Origin: Tubulanus polymorphus
Lineage: Eukaryota; Animalia; Nemertea
Assembly (NCBI RefSeq): GCF_964204645.1
Contig: NC_134027.1
Coordinates: 10,944,485-11,008,484, forward strand
Direction: 5' to 3'
DNA length: 64,000 nt
Part shown: positions 13,367 to 25,993 of the stretch, piece by piece
Layout: every line of letters starts with the position of its first letter
Position numbering within the stretch: the stretch's first letter is position 1
Notes under the pieces: generated by a model
Database searches by the model: none
Seen by the model: only the letters and a program-made list of their open reading frames with translations
Told to the model about the DNA's origin: nothing
Made by a program: the position numbers and the translations under genes

Positions 13367-16300
13367 ATTATTATTTTTCATTATCATTTACCATATTTGG
13401 TGCCTTATTCAACAAAATAACTCTAAGGCATGTAGAATTTTACCCCTCCCATCCCGGGCCTCTACACTCACAAAGAAAGATATTTGAACTGTGGAGTTTG
13501 GATTCCAGATAGAAGAACCATATTGCCTTTAAATCTAAGAAAAATTATGAAACAGATAGATAAAACACGATTAATTCTTTTATTAGAAAATATTTTTAAA
13601 ATCTTAAGCTCTAAGGCACTCACATAAAATATTGATGCATTAATTTAAGCATGAATAAGAAGATAGAGCTGATCTGATATGGTTATAATTTCAATATTTT
13701 CAAACTATCTGATAAACACACCAAAGCATAGGTCCACGAGCTTCAAAAAGATCTGACGCCATAGTTAGATTTTGTAAAAGGGGCAAATTAAAAGATTTTT
13801 ACTAGATGGACGAAGTGACCTGACGGGAATATATTCTCAGAGCTGATCTATCGAATAGTCAGGAGCTGCGCCATTCTTGCCAAACATAATCACCAAACAT
13901 AATCACTTTATACTGGACGCGGTACTGCACAGGAAGCCAATGTAGGCTGTAAAGGACTGGATACAGTCTGGATTCATTTCACTATTGACCAAACGATGGA
14001 ATTTTTTGACAATCCTTTTTATTCCCTACCGTCGAAAATTTCGGTAGACGATTGGATTTTGAATATAGTCATTGCCGTTTTGCTTATGTTCTTTACTTTG
14101 AAATCTACGAAGGATAATAATGCCTTACTGTACCTACAGTAGACTCAAGAGAACTTATTGCTCATACACATTTCAGGGGCAGATTAAGAGGCCAATTTCG
14201 AAAAACTGATCACATCCCGCGAGGGCACTTTGACGGTCTGAAAGGCAATATTATGTGTAATCCCGAACTGAGGGGCTGCATTTTGAAGAACTAGTCATAT
14301 CCCAAAAAGGTGGCTTTGATGTCCAAAAAAGGCAACATTTGGCACACTCCTGCCAAATTGCAGAAATGACAAAATGAAACAGGGCACCCAAAAAAGTTGA
14401 TGGACATGTACAAGTCTAATAAGTCCCTTGGATCTGCTGCTGCATTCTTAGATACAGAACTGTTTTGATAGTCATTCTATGATAGAATAAAACTTGTGTA
14501 TCAGCTTCCTCTTGTTCAGAAAGACTCGCTAGAAAAAACTATGCTGGAGACTGCAAAGCATGGTTTTGAAATACCATATACTGGTAGGTTTTATACAGCT
14601 ATATAATGCTCTCTTAAAAACGAAATGAGCTGGTCGCGATTAACAAGTGCGGCTGGAATGGTTACTGCGGCAATTAACTCTGAAAAAACACTCTTTCGTG
14701 AAAAGGATCAAATCGTGGACACATTTCGTTCATAGTTAGTGCAAGCTGTAGCTTATTCTATGCAGCCAATAGAACGCCCCCACGAAAGAGAGTTTCCAGC
14801 CAATTTCTAAATGCATCATGGAGATTTGAAATTTTGTGTTAGTGTGTTGGTTAAAAAGCATGTGACATCGTGAACTATTTTTTTAAAATCTTGAAATGAG
14901 GATTGACCCTGTTATTTATTTGATTGGTGGATTTTATTTGATTCATTTTGATTTGGTGTCCCTTATCAACCCTCCACATCTGCTAGGAGTGAATCAGGGG
15001 GTTTGATTTTGAAATCGGAAATCGAAGTACAGATACAGTTTTGTGATTGGCGGTCGAATTTACCGAATTTTTTTGTTTAAATCGAAGTACATAATTCGAA
15101 ATTTCAATAATGCACTTGATGAAATTATTATATTTAGGTTCGTTGTTTGAAACATGTGGCCATTTTGAACGATAATTTCGGCAAATGCGAAGAACATGAG
15201 AAAGCGATCGAGCAGTATCAAAAACTGAAAGAGAAATTGTGCTTATCCGATAGCGAAGATGAGTCGATAGAGGAAATAGATGATGATGATGACGATGGAG
15301 ATGAAGAGTTTACAGATTCAGGTATTTCAAAAGTTACACTTTGCAATGTTCATTAAGCTAGGTGATATTTTGCGTTTGAACAATGTCATTATTATTTGAT
15401 GTTATGGTATGTCATTCACCTGGAAAACACACTTCTTTTATCTTCTATTCTAATATTTTTTATGATGATTATCCCTACATTTATAGTTTATAGTTGCAAT
15501 ATTACGAAGCGAATCATTTTTTATGATGAAAAATTTTTTGGCGGACAGAATTGAAAAACCCTTTCTATACCTTCATCAATTTTACCGATATTCAGATCAT
15601 CGCGAGGATTCATTCGGCGCGACTAGCCGACAAGTGAAGAGATACCCGGTTAAGGTACGTGGATTTATTTATTTTCATTAAAATTTGCAAAACTTTTCGA
15701 AAAAAAAACTCAATCATATGCCGGAACGATACGTTTCTTTCTTCCTTCAGTTGAACGATAAAGGCGAAACCGAATTGCACGTAGCCTGCATTAAAGGCAA
15801 CTTGAAAAAGGTGACGCAGCTGCTCGAGCGCGGTCACCCGATCAACACGCGTGATTTCTGCGGCTGGACGCCGTTGCACGAAGTCTGCAACCACGGATTC
15901 TTCGAAATAGCCGAGCACTTGATATCGAAAGGCGCGTCAATTAACGACCGAGGCGGCCCGAAATGCGAGGGGCTCACGCCGCTGCATGATGCGTGCACTA
16001 ACGGACACATAGAACTTATCGAATTACTCGTCGATAGAGGAGCGAATTTACACGCTAAGGATCATAAGGTCGGTAAAAACTGGGGTGGCAATTATGACTG
16101 TTGGAAAAAAGCAGACCGCTTTGATGATTGTTAGAGTACATGGGGCTATATAAGCTGCATTCACACTAGGATTTCAGTGCGATAAGTGGTGAATTGCCGT
16201 GTGATTGTAACTGGCTGTGTAGGCGCCGTATTTTGGTGAATTCGGCACCAGCGAAGTACGGTACTTCATAAGTGTTGAATCTAGTGTGAACGCGGCTATA

Positions 16301-19300
16301 TATACTGGTGACTGACTGTACAAATATTATGAGTTGTATACCAATATTGAGTGATGCAGAATCAGTAGGTCACAATATCTGTGGTAAAACAAATGTGAAA
16401 CCCCACATTTGTTGAATAACTTTTAAAGGTTTATTTCAGTCTGGAAAAATTTTTTAGACTTCTTCGGTGTTGAAATTATCTCCCATTATTAGACTGAAGA
16501 AGGGTGGTGTAAACCACCAGAAACATTTCTAATATTCTTATTCTTCAAAGTCATTCAACAATTGTGGGATTTTAAATTTATTGAGTTATGCTATTGTCAT
16601 CGTTAAATGGTGCAAAAATGGATTGCATGCCGCTCACTTGAATCAATTTTTCCGTATACATGTAGTTGGTGTCGCAGAGAATGCCAACATGCCATTTTCC
16701 TAGAAATCCTCAGGCAGATTCAGATGGGAGTGCAAGGAGCCCATCATGCGGCCGTCGCAAATTTTCCCATGCCTTCAATGACAATTTTTTAAAGGCAATA
16801 TTACCACCCACAACCTTTGCCTAGGAAATTGCATCAAGATACTCTGAAAATGTTTAGGGAGTAATCCAGATAAATGGTAGTAAATGTTTTTAGGAGTAGT
16901 GAGAATACAGTTTTGTTAGTACTAAACAATTCTGCGGCGATTTCTTTATAGGGAAACACACCTTTTGATTGTTTGAGGCAATTGCACTTAACTGCAGACC
17001 TGACACACGATGAAAAGGCACAGCTTGCTCGTCTAGAGCGAAAACTTCATTTCAAAATGACAGGTATGTAACTGAATTTCAGAGAGATCGTTTCGGATAA
17101 GGCCATCAGACAACGCGGCCTTGTTCCACAATTCTGTATTGATTTTCGATCGTTATTATTTCATTTGCAAATGTTTAACTGAAGATATCATGTTTTCTAA
17201 CCCAAAACAGTGGATCTAGGTCGACACACCATCATTAGAATATTGGCAACTTTTCGAATTCGTTTGTTTTGACCAACTTTTAGTGTCCATGTAATAATAG
17301 GCTAATAGGCAATCAACTTAGAGGACTTCTACATCAACATCTACCCGAGAAAAGCGACAATAAACTATCGGAATATTTATACGTAGAAAACGACCAAAAA
17401 AATATAAAAATGGACAAAATGATCTCCAACCTTGTTATAAAGCTACTTCCAAAATCTCGATGTATTAGATTAGGCAGCCAAGAAAATTCACCCCAATCAA
17501 TCGCTTGCCAATTCAGACTGGTTGGAAGATTGTTTGAATGAACCGGAATTTCCTGATTATGTGCTTCGATTTAAACAAAAAAATGCTGTAAATTCGACCA
17601 CCGATCACATATCTGTACTTCAATTTCCGATTTCCCAATCAAACCCCCTGTTTCGCTCCCGACAGGTGTGGTGGGTCTGTAAAGGGACAAAAAAGGTCAC
17701 ACGTAATTACCAACCAAATAAACAACAGGGTCAATCCCTATTTTAAGATAAGAAAAAATAGGCAGTCCGTTTTATCCGGTATGGAATTACTGGTATTGAA
17801 ATTTTCTTAATTTGGACAAGGTTCCACTGGTCAAGAAATGATGTCCACATTATTCATAAATCCCACCTAGTGATTCAATCGGAGGATGTGGGGGTCCTTG
17901 GTTTAGTTAACACCCTTTCGAATCTGCTCTTTTATTCAATGTTGATCGATATTTGAAATTATTTTTCCTTCTAGGTGACAAAAATCCACCTATACCAATA
18001 GTACCACAGTGGACAAATGACATAGATAATTTAAGGTAATGATTATTGACGCGAATACAGATACAGAGTATTACAAAAAAGGTTCAACCCAAATATCTGA
18101 TATATCGTAGATGCAATTAGTTTAGGGGCAGATCCAGGGGGACTTATGGGACTTGTACTTAGTCCATCAAATTTTTGCTATTTTTGGTGCATTTCAGTAC
18201 GGTATTGCCCCTATCGTTGCCTTTGCGGACATCAGTGTCCTTTTGGGATATGACTAGTCTTTCATAATGATTTGGCCTCTGGATCTGCTGTTACCATACT
18301 TAATGTTTTTGCCCGAGACCGAACCAAATTAAAAGCTAAAGCAGGCCCATGCAAATTTAAGGTGCGGTAAGTTGGGAATTGAGTCGAACCTTCGTACAAG
18401 TCGGCGTTATACAATGCTTTCAGATGACTTTTCCAAATTTGCCACCAGATGTTCTATATAATACAGGGCTGCCAACCTCTAAAAAGTGTTTTTGGTATCA
18501 AATCTAATTTCTATCAGTAACATTTCATTGAAATACGAAAGCAAAATGTTAGTAATCGATAATAAGCCCCTCAATAACATATTTCATATTTCTTTATGCA
18601 TCAAACAAATCAAATCAGTATTTCTCTTTATGATAAAGTAACAAATACTGAAAATCAGGAACAGTTGGCAGCTCTGGTAATATGATCTATGTTATTAATC
18701 TACTTTCCTGAAGGAGGTTCATACTAACTAGGTTCGACCGTATTACGATTTTGCAGCGATGCGAGATGCGATGAATCCGATGGGGAATCCGCTTTGCAAT
18801 ACAACGAAAACTCCGAAGATTACCGGCTCGACGACTACCGAATACCGTTGGATAATACCGATCTTTCGTCGGCTACCGGCGCGAGACACGCGTACCGCGA
18901 TGTCATGAAATCGATGAGAAAGGGCGGCGCTAGTGTACATTCTAGTTACAACGCCGCGCCTGCTGCTGCTGCTGTAAGACATTCGGCCTTGATATCGGAA
19001 GAAAACGAAAACGACGATTGGTTAGTGCGGGACGTAGCGGAACCCGTCGCTCGAAGGAACCGAAACGTCGACAGTCTCATATATACGTCGGGAACGAGGA
19101 AACGTAAACGACGTAGTTCGAGCGATTCCGACAGTCCGAAATCGACTCCGCGACTCCATCGTCGCGATACCGACGACGACGTCACGAGCAATTCGACGGA
19201 TTTAGGTCGAGACCGCCTCCGCGTCGAAACTAGTCCCGATTTAGAAAGCTTACCCGATATCGTTCACAGTCGTCGCCAGAAAGAGACGACGAGCGTCGAT

Positions 19301-22300
19301 AGAAATTCTGCGATATTCGACGATTTCGATGATAACGACGACAGCGTAGACGATGAAGCTTTTTACATGATTAACTTCGAGGAGCATATCGATGATCGGC
19401 GCGAACCAGCGGAACTGGCTGCTGCTGCTCGTGAATCTAGTTCAACCGGAGCTTCGACGGGCAACCGGACAGTAGTTTCAGCCACACAGCTTCCAACCGC
19501 CCCTGTAGTGGTAGCGGCAGCAACAGTGGAATCAACGTTAAGAATTACAGTTCGTATACTCGGCACAATATTGCTTTTACCGATAGCTGGAAGGTAAGGA
19601 TTTCTATTGTATTGATTTCATGATTCAAGCTTTGAATTAGGGAGTGTAGCAAAATTTCAACAGTTATTTCTAAATGAATAAGCAGCACGTAGATTTTTAC
19701 CCCCTCCCACCCCGGGCCTCTACATGCACAAAGAAAGATATTTGAACTGTGGATATTTGATTCCAGATAGAAGAACCATAGTGCCTTTAAATCTAAGCAA
19801 AATTATGAAACAGATAGATAAAACACGATTAATTCTTTTATTAGAAAATATTTTTAAAATCTTAAGCTAAATTTTTAAACTTTTTACTATTAGCTCTTTT
19901 TACCTGGACATCACGTGTCCTGTATTGGTTAAGTGTGTCAAAAGCCCAGTGCCTTGTTCAATATACTTGAGTGCAGTTATGGTATATGCATGGATGCAAC
20001 AATCGGGGAACAATTTATTTTTCTTTTGATAAAACATGTTTGATTAAAGGTCCGTGACGTTTTCTGTCGACCTCTGACATGATAGTCGACAGGTTCTGAG
20101 ACATAAGTGTAAACACGTCGTAAATCAACTCCCTCCCGCTAAACGCGTGTTATTCGTTTAGAAATAACTTTCGACATTATGCTACGCTACCTTAGCGATT
20201 ATGTATTCTCCGAATTGACGCAGTAACAATTCTACGTGATAAAAGCTGAAACGATTTTCTGTTAAGACAATTAACCGTCTGTCTTATGTGTAAAAGTAGA
20301 AAAAACCATTTTCAAAGGAAAGCCTAGAAAAGTCAGAGCTGCTGACAGTCCCTGAAAATGCCCCTCTGTCCCTGAGGGTGTTTTTGATGCTACTGGAAAT
20401 CTATTGCTGTCCCTGAAACAATTTTCTACTCTCCCTCTAAAGATAAAAACTAGAAAATGTTCTTTATTCAAAATCTATATTCTAATATCTAATTGTATAT
20501 TTTTCCATATTGTGTCCCTGAAAATTCAATGTTTTTATAATTTTGTCCCTGATCTGGTAATTGATAGGTTGGCAGATCTGAAAAGTAGTGATGTTTGGAC
20601 ACACACTGTTAATAAAAATTGGGCTATATTTCACTCGGAAAAAGGGGGGCCAAATAGCGTGATTCGATGACGATTATCCAAAATTACTGGGTAGGGATGT
20701 CTAAATCCGTCTCTGCTAGGCCATTAACGGTAGTCCTTGAACTATTGTTTATGGTACTCGAGTACAGCGCAGTACGTTAACAACACCACGTCGTTTCACA
20801 TTCCAGCGAGCGTGGGCAGAATATTGAATGGCTCTGTAGCGAAGTGGCTAGCCGTTATTTTCAGCTGCACGGAATCCGTCCTTTAGTTTCGCTGAAGACT
20901 CACGACGGTGCATTTCTCTGCCCTAATGATCTCATTACGCATGTACTATCAACTAACGAACAGGTAGATGTCAGACGGCACGTGATGATTGGCAAATAAT
21001 TCTCATACTAGCTCCCGAAGAACTAAGTCTGCCCCCATATTTGTTGATGTTTGCCCAAAATTGATGAGAAGGCATTGAATTATGTTCTGTATTCATAGAT
21101 TGTTTGAATTGTTGTAGTCGTTGGAAACATGAAGTAACCAATAGCACCTAAAGCAAAACATTAGATTTAATCATTTTTGAGCCATAGAAACCTGGTTTTT
21201 TTTTTTAGAAAATGTGCACTACGCCATCAATATATCGGGGCTAGACTCGCTGCCAGTCAATTCAATTCAATTATCTATATACCCAAAATAATATCAAAAA
21301 TAACTTTATAGATCCTTGATATTATGTAAGTTATATTGTATTATCTATTATCGAAAATCTTAAGCAATATATGTGTTATTTTTCAAGACATCAATAAACT
21401 TTAAACTTAGTTTTCTTGTTGTCAATCTGGACCCAAACGATCAAAAGTTAACAAATCAGGAAATTGTCATTATTGCTGAGGTTGTAAATTTTTCATTGTC
21501 AGCTTGAAGCTGTATTCATCAGATGGGATTTGGCTCCATTACCAGATCGTTATAAAGATGCCTGTAATGTCTTGAAAAGTGGTAAGTTTCGTATTATCTT
21601 TATTTACCAGGAAAGATAAGATATATAAAGTATACAGTAAACTAGTCCATTTATTAATGGATGAGACCTGTTTATTTGTTCACGATATTTTGCCTTCTTA
21701 TCGATGCGGAACTGGAAAAATATCAGCCATCCAGTTGTTGTCCGCTATTTTTGTCATGTTCAGAGTGTACCCCCAAAAAGTAATTCAATGTATTAAATCG
21801 GTGTTTGTATTTGCAGTTGCCTACCGGAATATTCGATCATTGTTACAGACAGCGATTCATTCGTCCGTGTTAGATTTATCGAGTTTATTTCTACGCGTCA
21901 ATCAACTGCAACCGGTATTCAGCGCCTTACAATGCGAATCGTCACTCACTGAACTCATCTTACACGGTACGTACACTAGGGCTATCTATTCGCATTTCAG
22001 TCGGGTGTAGATTGTGACGGAAGCTTCGCTGAAGCTTTACAACTCGGGTCAAGCTGAGATCTGATCTGATCATCTGCGATTAATAACACTCACAGTCACA
22101 TCGCGAGGTCGACCGACCAAGATTGGCGTATCTCGGCTATACTCGGGTCACCTGTTCCAGTCATTTTTTAAACGAACGCTTAAGTCATGTGATGTGTACG
22201 TCGCTGTTCATTGGCTACGATATGACGATCGCTCGTAAGCACACTCAGGTCACATAAGATTCGATTCGATCGTTGTAAGAAATAGAACATGTCCGATTGG

Positions 22301-25300
22301 CCGGTCTGCAATCAGTTTTAACGATATTAACTCATGTCGCAAAAATTCCCCGACTGAAAAATCAGCGACCGGTTCCCGATTCCATTTAGTTTCTAGTTGA
22401 AGTTCTCGTATTTCTTGGTCTTCAGAACATTCCAGTTCACGGATATATTTTTTTCTTCTCAAGGAAATCGCATCGACGACACGGGAGTTGTCCACCTGAA
22501 AAAAGCCTTGAGCTCGATGTCAAATTTGCTTAAACTCGATTTGTCCAGCAATCACTTAACTTCCGATGGTTTGAAAGAATTGACTTCGGTTGTTACGGAA
22601 TCCACAGATAATCGTAAATCACTACAGGTAAATGAATGAAAGCTGTGGACATTCACTGCTTCAAAGTAGGCTAATGTCTGGCATTTGTAGTGCATGACAT
22701 TTTTAGTAAAAGATGAACTGATAAATGATTTGTATGTACATTTTAAATGAAAGACGTCTCAGGTTAAGGGCCAAAAGAAATTTTTAAAAGTTTAAGTTAA
22801 CCGGTGGATGAATGCCATAGTGACAACTGAAATTGCATTCTTTCTAACATAGTACCGGTATCTACCAGTTAACCCCAACCAACTTGCCTCTGAAGTATGG
22901 ATGATCAAAATTTGGAAGTTTAGTCCAAGTCCGTTGTAATTACGCCATCCTTTGAAATACCTCTGCCTACTTAATGCCAGCATTTTTTAGAGAAAAATTT
23001 CCTCAATCTTAATCAAATTCAATGAAAATACCATTCTTTATAACAAGTAGGAAGAATATATGAGATCTGAGGTGCATTTTTATTCCAAATCAAGATTAAG
23101 ACGTTTCGGCCTTGAAGCCTTTTTCAACTACTCATTGTAGTACTTGGAGGTGAAGGAAACGCGATCAAATTTTCCAACAAAGTTCTTAATAACGCCAAAT
23201 TTTTCACGTTTTTCAATGGTCCCAATAGTGGTATTACAGGTATATAGGACTTTTACTGTATCAAATGTCTAAAGGAGTCAGTCCAGGCTGCTGATTGATA
23301 AGTTCATCAAATCGTCGGGATTCAGTACGGTATTAGTTGTTCTCTGTTTTTCAGAACGTCACGACGTTGAATCTGAGCTATAATTTTCTGGGCGATCATT
23401 GCTTAGTGAATTTGGTGCCATTCTTACGCAATTTACCGCAGTTGACTCATTTAAATCTGATGGCGTGTAAGCTAACGGCTCAGTGTTTTACAGTTCAGCC
23501 GTTGATCGTCAAGGAAGCTTTACAGAGTAAGAAAACGCATGGAGAAGGGCCTAGTTTCCACAAATCTTAATTAAGTTTGTTAAAAATCAGGAGGTTGTCA
23601 TAAGCAACAAATAATCAAAATTTTTTTTCATAAGACTAGTCCATGAATATGTTGAACAGGGCCCAGTTTCACTGAAAGGATTAAGGTCTATATCGATTTA
23701 ACCCTTTCAGTGCATCTACACCGTGATGGATTTTGCTAGTACACCGCACTGTGGTGTATTGATGTAATTAGTAATTAGTTCTTATCTCTATTGAAAGATG
23801 GCAGCACCTGTCACACATAGTGAAATATTAGTAACTAACAATACACCGCGTTGCAATGTAGACGCACTATAGTGGTATTCCCGTTATTCAACACAGTAGG
23901 GTGGAATTTTTCTAAGTTTTTAAATTATCTCCAGCACTATAGGGTATTGATTAGTCAGCACTGAAAGGGTTAAGATAAACTGAATGAATGAAGAAATTAA
24001 ATTGATTTAAGAGTTCAACCTTTTTGTGAAACTGGGCCCAGAGCTGCCATCTGTGTGCGAGTATTACTTTATTGACCTGAAAAACACTGATGTGATGTTG
24101 ATAGAAATATGAAGGATGTTACTGAGGTGTCAAAAAGTGGGGGTCAGGGAAAATTTTGAAAAATTCGATGCATTTAGGTACATTCTGAGCACTTTCCTGG
24201 TTGAAATTAGGAATGGCAATATGCTCACAATTTCACCATTTTCTTTTTTTTGGAGGGGGTAGAAAATTGCATGGCCACTCAGCCGAAAAAGGGGGTGTGC
24301 TGCCCTGGATTGGACCTTGATTTATTTTAATGTGGGTATTTGATGAAGTAATCCACTTGTTTCACATTGTTTTTAGGAAGTTCACTGACATCGTTGAATA
24401 TGTCGATGAACACATTCGCTAATATTGGTATCGAGTTGCTGCTAAAATCATTGAATCCACAAAAAGTGACTGACTTAGTGTTGACTAATACAGTTCCCAG
24501 CGCCAGCAGTTCTGTTATGATCCCAACATACGTTTTCAATTATCTCAAACAAGTAAGTTAACAAACTTTTGTATATCAAGGTACTTGGAGAGCTGTGAAA
24601 AGTCGAACAGCTATCGGTAAAATGCATTAAATTCTTATCATGAAAAATAGAAAAAGAGCTGACGCTCAATGTTCAATGGGTCTTCTATTCTTCTTTTTCA
24701 TTCAGCCTGGATGTGCTCTGAAGAAATTAAACATCGAAAATTGTTTCATCCCAGACGATGCCTTATGCAATATTATACAGTAAGTAAACGGTCGAATCAT
24801 CCTAGACAAGATATATTTACTTATCAGGGTATAGAATATTCTGGCTAAATTATCACCTCCTATAGAACATGATTTTATGCACAAAACCTTGATAAATTCC
24901 GGCTGTGTGACAGTTTCTTGAAAAACAGTACGAGATACATCAAGACTCCCAGGAACATTTCCAGGGGCAGACTTTGACAAGAGCACATAGAAATGAAAAA
25001 GGATACAGTTAAAAAGGGAAAGTTTCTACGCAGAGCACGCATCAAACCGAATCAGGGGTCTGGAAAATTTATAAATTCCATCACATTTTCATACTATTTC
25101 TAGGCACTTGAAGGACATTTAAGAAAATGAAACTTAAACTTAAACTGAACATTGAGCTGCAAACTGTGGTTCTATTAGTTTTGGGTGGGAAAAGTGCCCA
25201 GGAGAATTGCAGCAAGAGCATGTGCTACTTGCGCTGGGTCCACCCTTGATTCTTTCCTCCCTGAATGCTAGTGTTTTCCATGAACCCTCCCCCAGCTTTG

Positions 25301-25451
25301 ACTCAGAATCATTGATGACCCCAAACCAGATGGCTATGGATATGAATTGTCGTTGAATGTTTCATCAGAGTGCTGTTTCTGTTCTTGTAGGAAGGTTGAA
25401 GGTTGCAGTATCCAGGATATGTCAGATGGTGAATTCAGAGATTACAGCTAG
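434..25451 (+). CDS. TONSL: Tonsoku-like DNA repair protein, 5' end outside window. Exons approx. 434-506, 907-1078, 1684-1795, 2526-2662, 3058-3210, 4111-4236, 15138-15321, 15596-15654, 15751-16068, 16952-17063, 17975-18035, 18757-19593, 20807-20963, 21503-21581, 21817-21966, 22464-22627, 23355-23526, 24377-24552, 24706-24779, 25391-25451 (last exon least certain)
   Basis: GT-AG exons join with consistent phases. They give TPRs (LEDFAAAKTCLK, SRTWLNIA), an acidic stretch, three ankyrin repeats (NDKGETELH, RDFCGWTPLHEVCNHG, GLTPLHDACTNG), a UBL domain (EWLCSEVASRYFQLHGIRP...WDLAPLPDRYKDAC) and RI-type LRRs, which is the TONSL domain order. Confidence 0.92.
5270..5670 (+). mobile_element. 3' fragment of an L2/CR1-clade LINE
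   Basis: Degenerate ORF2 C-terminus (HWIPIEQRI*YKVL...APKYICDLI...FSVNVPTLWNRL...FRRQLKRFLF) followed by an L2-type tail (GTAAAGTGCGCTGAG...GTGCTATATAAA...TTATTA). Confidence 0.8.
5946..5989 (+). ncRNA. Penelope-type minimal hammerhead ribozyme-like motif (variant core)
   Basis: AGTTT-TTGAAAA-T-GGCTCA(TAGATT)TGAGTC-GAAA-CGTC-AAACT: stem I AGTTT/AAACT, 6-bp stem II, GAAA box and GUC site; the core is UUGAAAA rather than CUGANGA. Confidence 0.5.
9483..10424 (-). CDS. Class A (rhodopsin-like) GPCR with an intronless CDS, FMRFamide/peptide-receptor-like or chemoreceptor-like, nested in a TONSL intron
   Basis: 313 aa from the ATG at 10424 with seven hydrophobic segments: FGIVLN (TM1), LSIGD (TM2), IDRFVGIYYPL (TM3), IFIACEFP (TM6), SSCNFLAY plus GRQFR (TM7/H8). 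N-terminal NxT glycosylation sites; putative acceptor CTAACAG just upstream. Confidence 0.85.
   Translation of the reverse strand: MEDARSNNNTAVNNDTKMDYRYHNRNYEFDKINEILNDVNIVVCCFGIVLNIVSFVVLRRVDKNSPTSQTTLLQTLSIGDIGFLSFHKLQNSDGLGQSCPIWCHMAVNGVVMFFYFFSRSMVAVVNIDRFVGIYYPLWSWTNCSPRLALYPIFATVVASTVEAVVNTLVPHDDLTVFVHIIVCSVVVIFINSRAIFHVYKHRVDSQVIENTGTALTKRLIAVSVIFIACEFPFALTEIVYRILSKFSDAAYKNHFTYNAASVLLNYLSSSCNFLAYFITGRQFRRTLVDSVKRCFRCHKSMYTKKPIQTINVP
11612..11858. mobile_element. MITE-like element with CAGGGTGGC(A/C)AC terminal inverted repeats; related copy at about 2150-2390
   Basis: CAGGGTGGCAAC ... GTGGCCACCCTG termini and internal TCAGGGAA-type subrepeats. Confidence 0.55.
12100..12270 (-). mobile_element. 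Short 3' remnant of an L2/CR1-type LINE
   Basis: Minus-strand translation LRSFKSSVKTFLFREY* followed by a GTAAAGAGC...AAAGCGCT tail. Confidence 0.55.
13317..13375. repeat. (TAT)n microsatellite, probably a LINE 3' tail
   Basis: About 15 perfect TAT units plus degenerate ones; source of the spurious poly-Tyr ORF. Confidence 0.9.
13431..13610 (+). repeat. About 180-bp interspersed repeat, near-identical direct copy at about 19689-19868
   Basis: Shared CCCGGGCCTCTACA...GATTCCAGATAGAAGAACCATA...TTTTTAAAATCTTAAGCT in two TONSL introns. Confidence 0.85.
14880..15048 (+). repeat. About 165-bp interspersed repeat family; other copies at about 17605-17750 (-) and 55678-55842 (+)
   Basis: Shared GGATTGAC.CTGTTATTTATTTGATTGGT...TTTGATTTTGAAATCGGAAATCGAAGTACAGATA. 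Confidence 0.8.
16400..16572. mobile_element. Penelope-like terminal remnant: inverted repeat enclosing two opposed degenerate hammerhead motifs
   Basis: Outer IR CCCACATTTGTTGAAT / ATTCAACAATTGTGGG. Plus motif TATTAGA-CTGAAGA-AG-GGTGGT(GTAA)ACCACC-A-GAAA-CATT-TCTAATA; minus motif CCGAAGA-AGTCT...AGACT-GAAA. Confidence 0.55.
23659..24039. mobile_element. MITE with GGGCCCAGTTTCAC TIRs, interrupted by a piggyBac-type MITE
   Basis: GGGCCCAGTTTCAC at the left end and GTGAAACTGGGCCC at the right end; related GGCCCAGTT-ended elements near 7330, 29035 and 38740. Confidence 0.7.
23702..23969. mobile_element. piggyBac-type MITE
   Basis: TTAA|CCCTTTCAGTGC ... GCACTGAAAGGG|TTAA: 12-bp TIR beginning CCC and a TTAA target-site duplication. 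Confidence 0.85.
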
Positions 25452-25993
25452 AAGTTACAGTAAAACTGTAGAACTAGAATGTACTGAAATATATTCTTAT
25501 TTGTATATATATATTGCATTTACGGGTGATAACCTATAGTTTTGAACAAAAAATGTCCATGACGAAAGTCTGAATAAATTGTAATGACGTTAAAGACTTA
25601 AGTTGAGTGTGGATGAGTATTTGATATTAACGGTATGTTTTCAAGAAAGGTCCAAGAAAGAACTGATCTGAAACTTATGCAGCATTATGATCGTAAAATA
25701 TTTTATTACCTAAGAACTTCACAACGAAAAGTTTTCGAAAAATTTTAGTTACAAATATCTCAAAATAAAATTAAACATTAAGGATGTAAATAGAAAGACA
25801 AGCGGTTAGTAAATTACTCAATTCTCACAAGTACATGAAGCTAATTCAAAAATTAAGATGCATGATTCAAGAAAGCTGCGCGATTGTACATAAAATTGGT
25901 TACATAATAATTCCTGAAATGGAAACCATAGCTATTCGACCTTGCCTATTTGCAATTTAGATCTCATATAGGCAACAGTTAGGCCTAATGGAT

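Noticed and set aside
13288-13512. Poly-tyrosine ORF
   Set aside because: Translation of a (TAT)n microsatellite.
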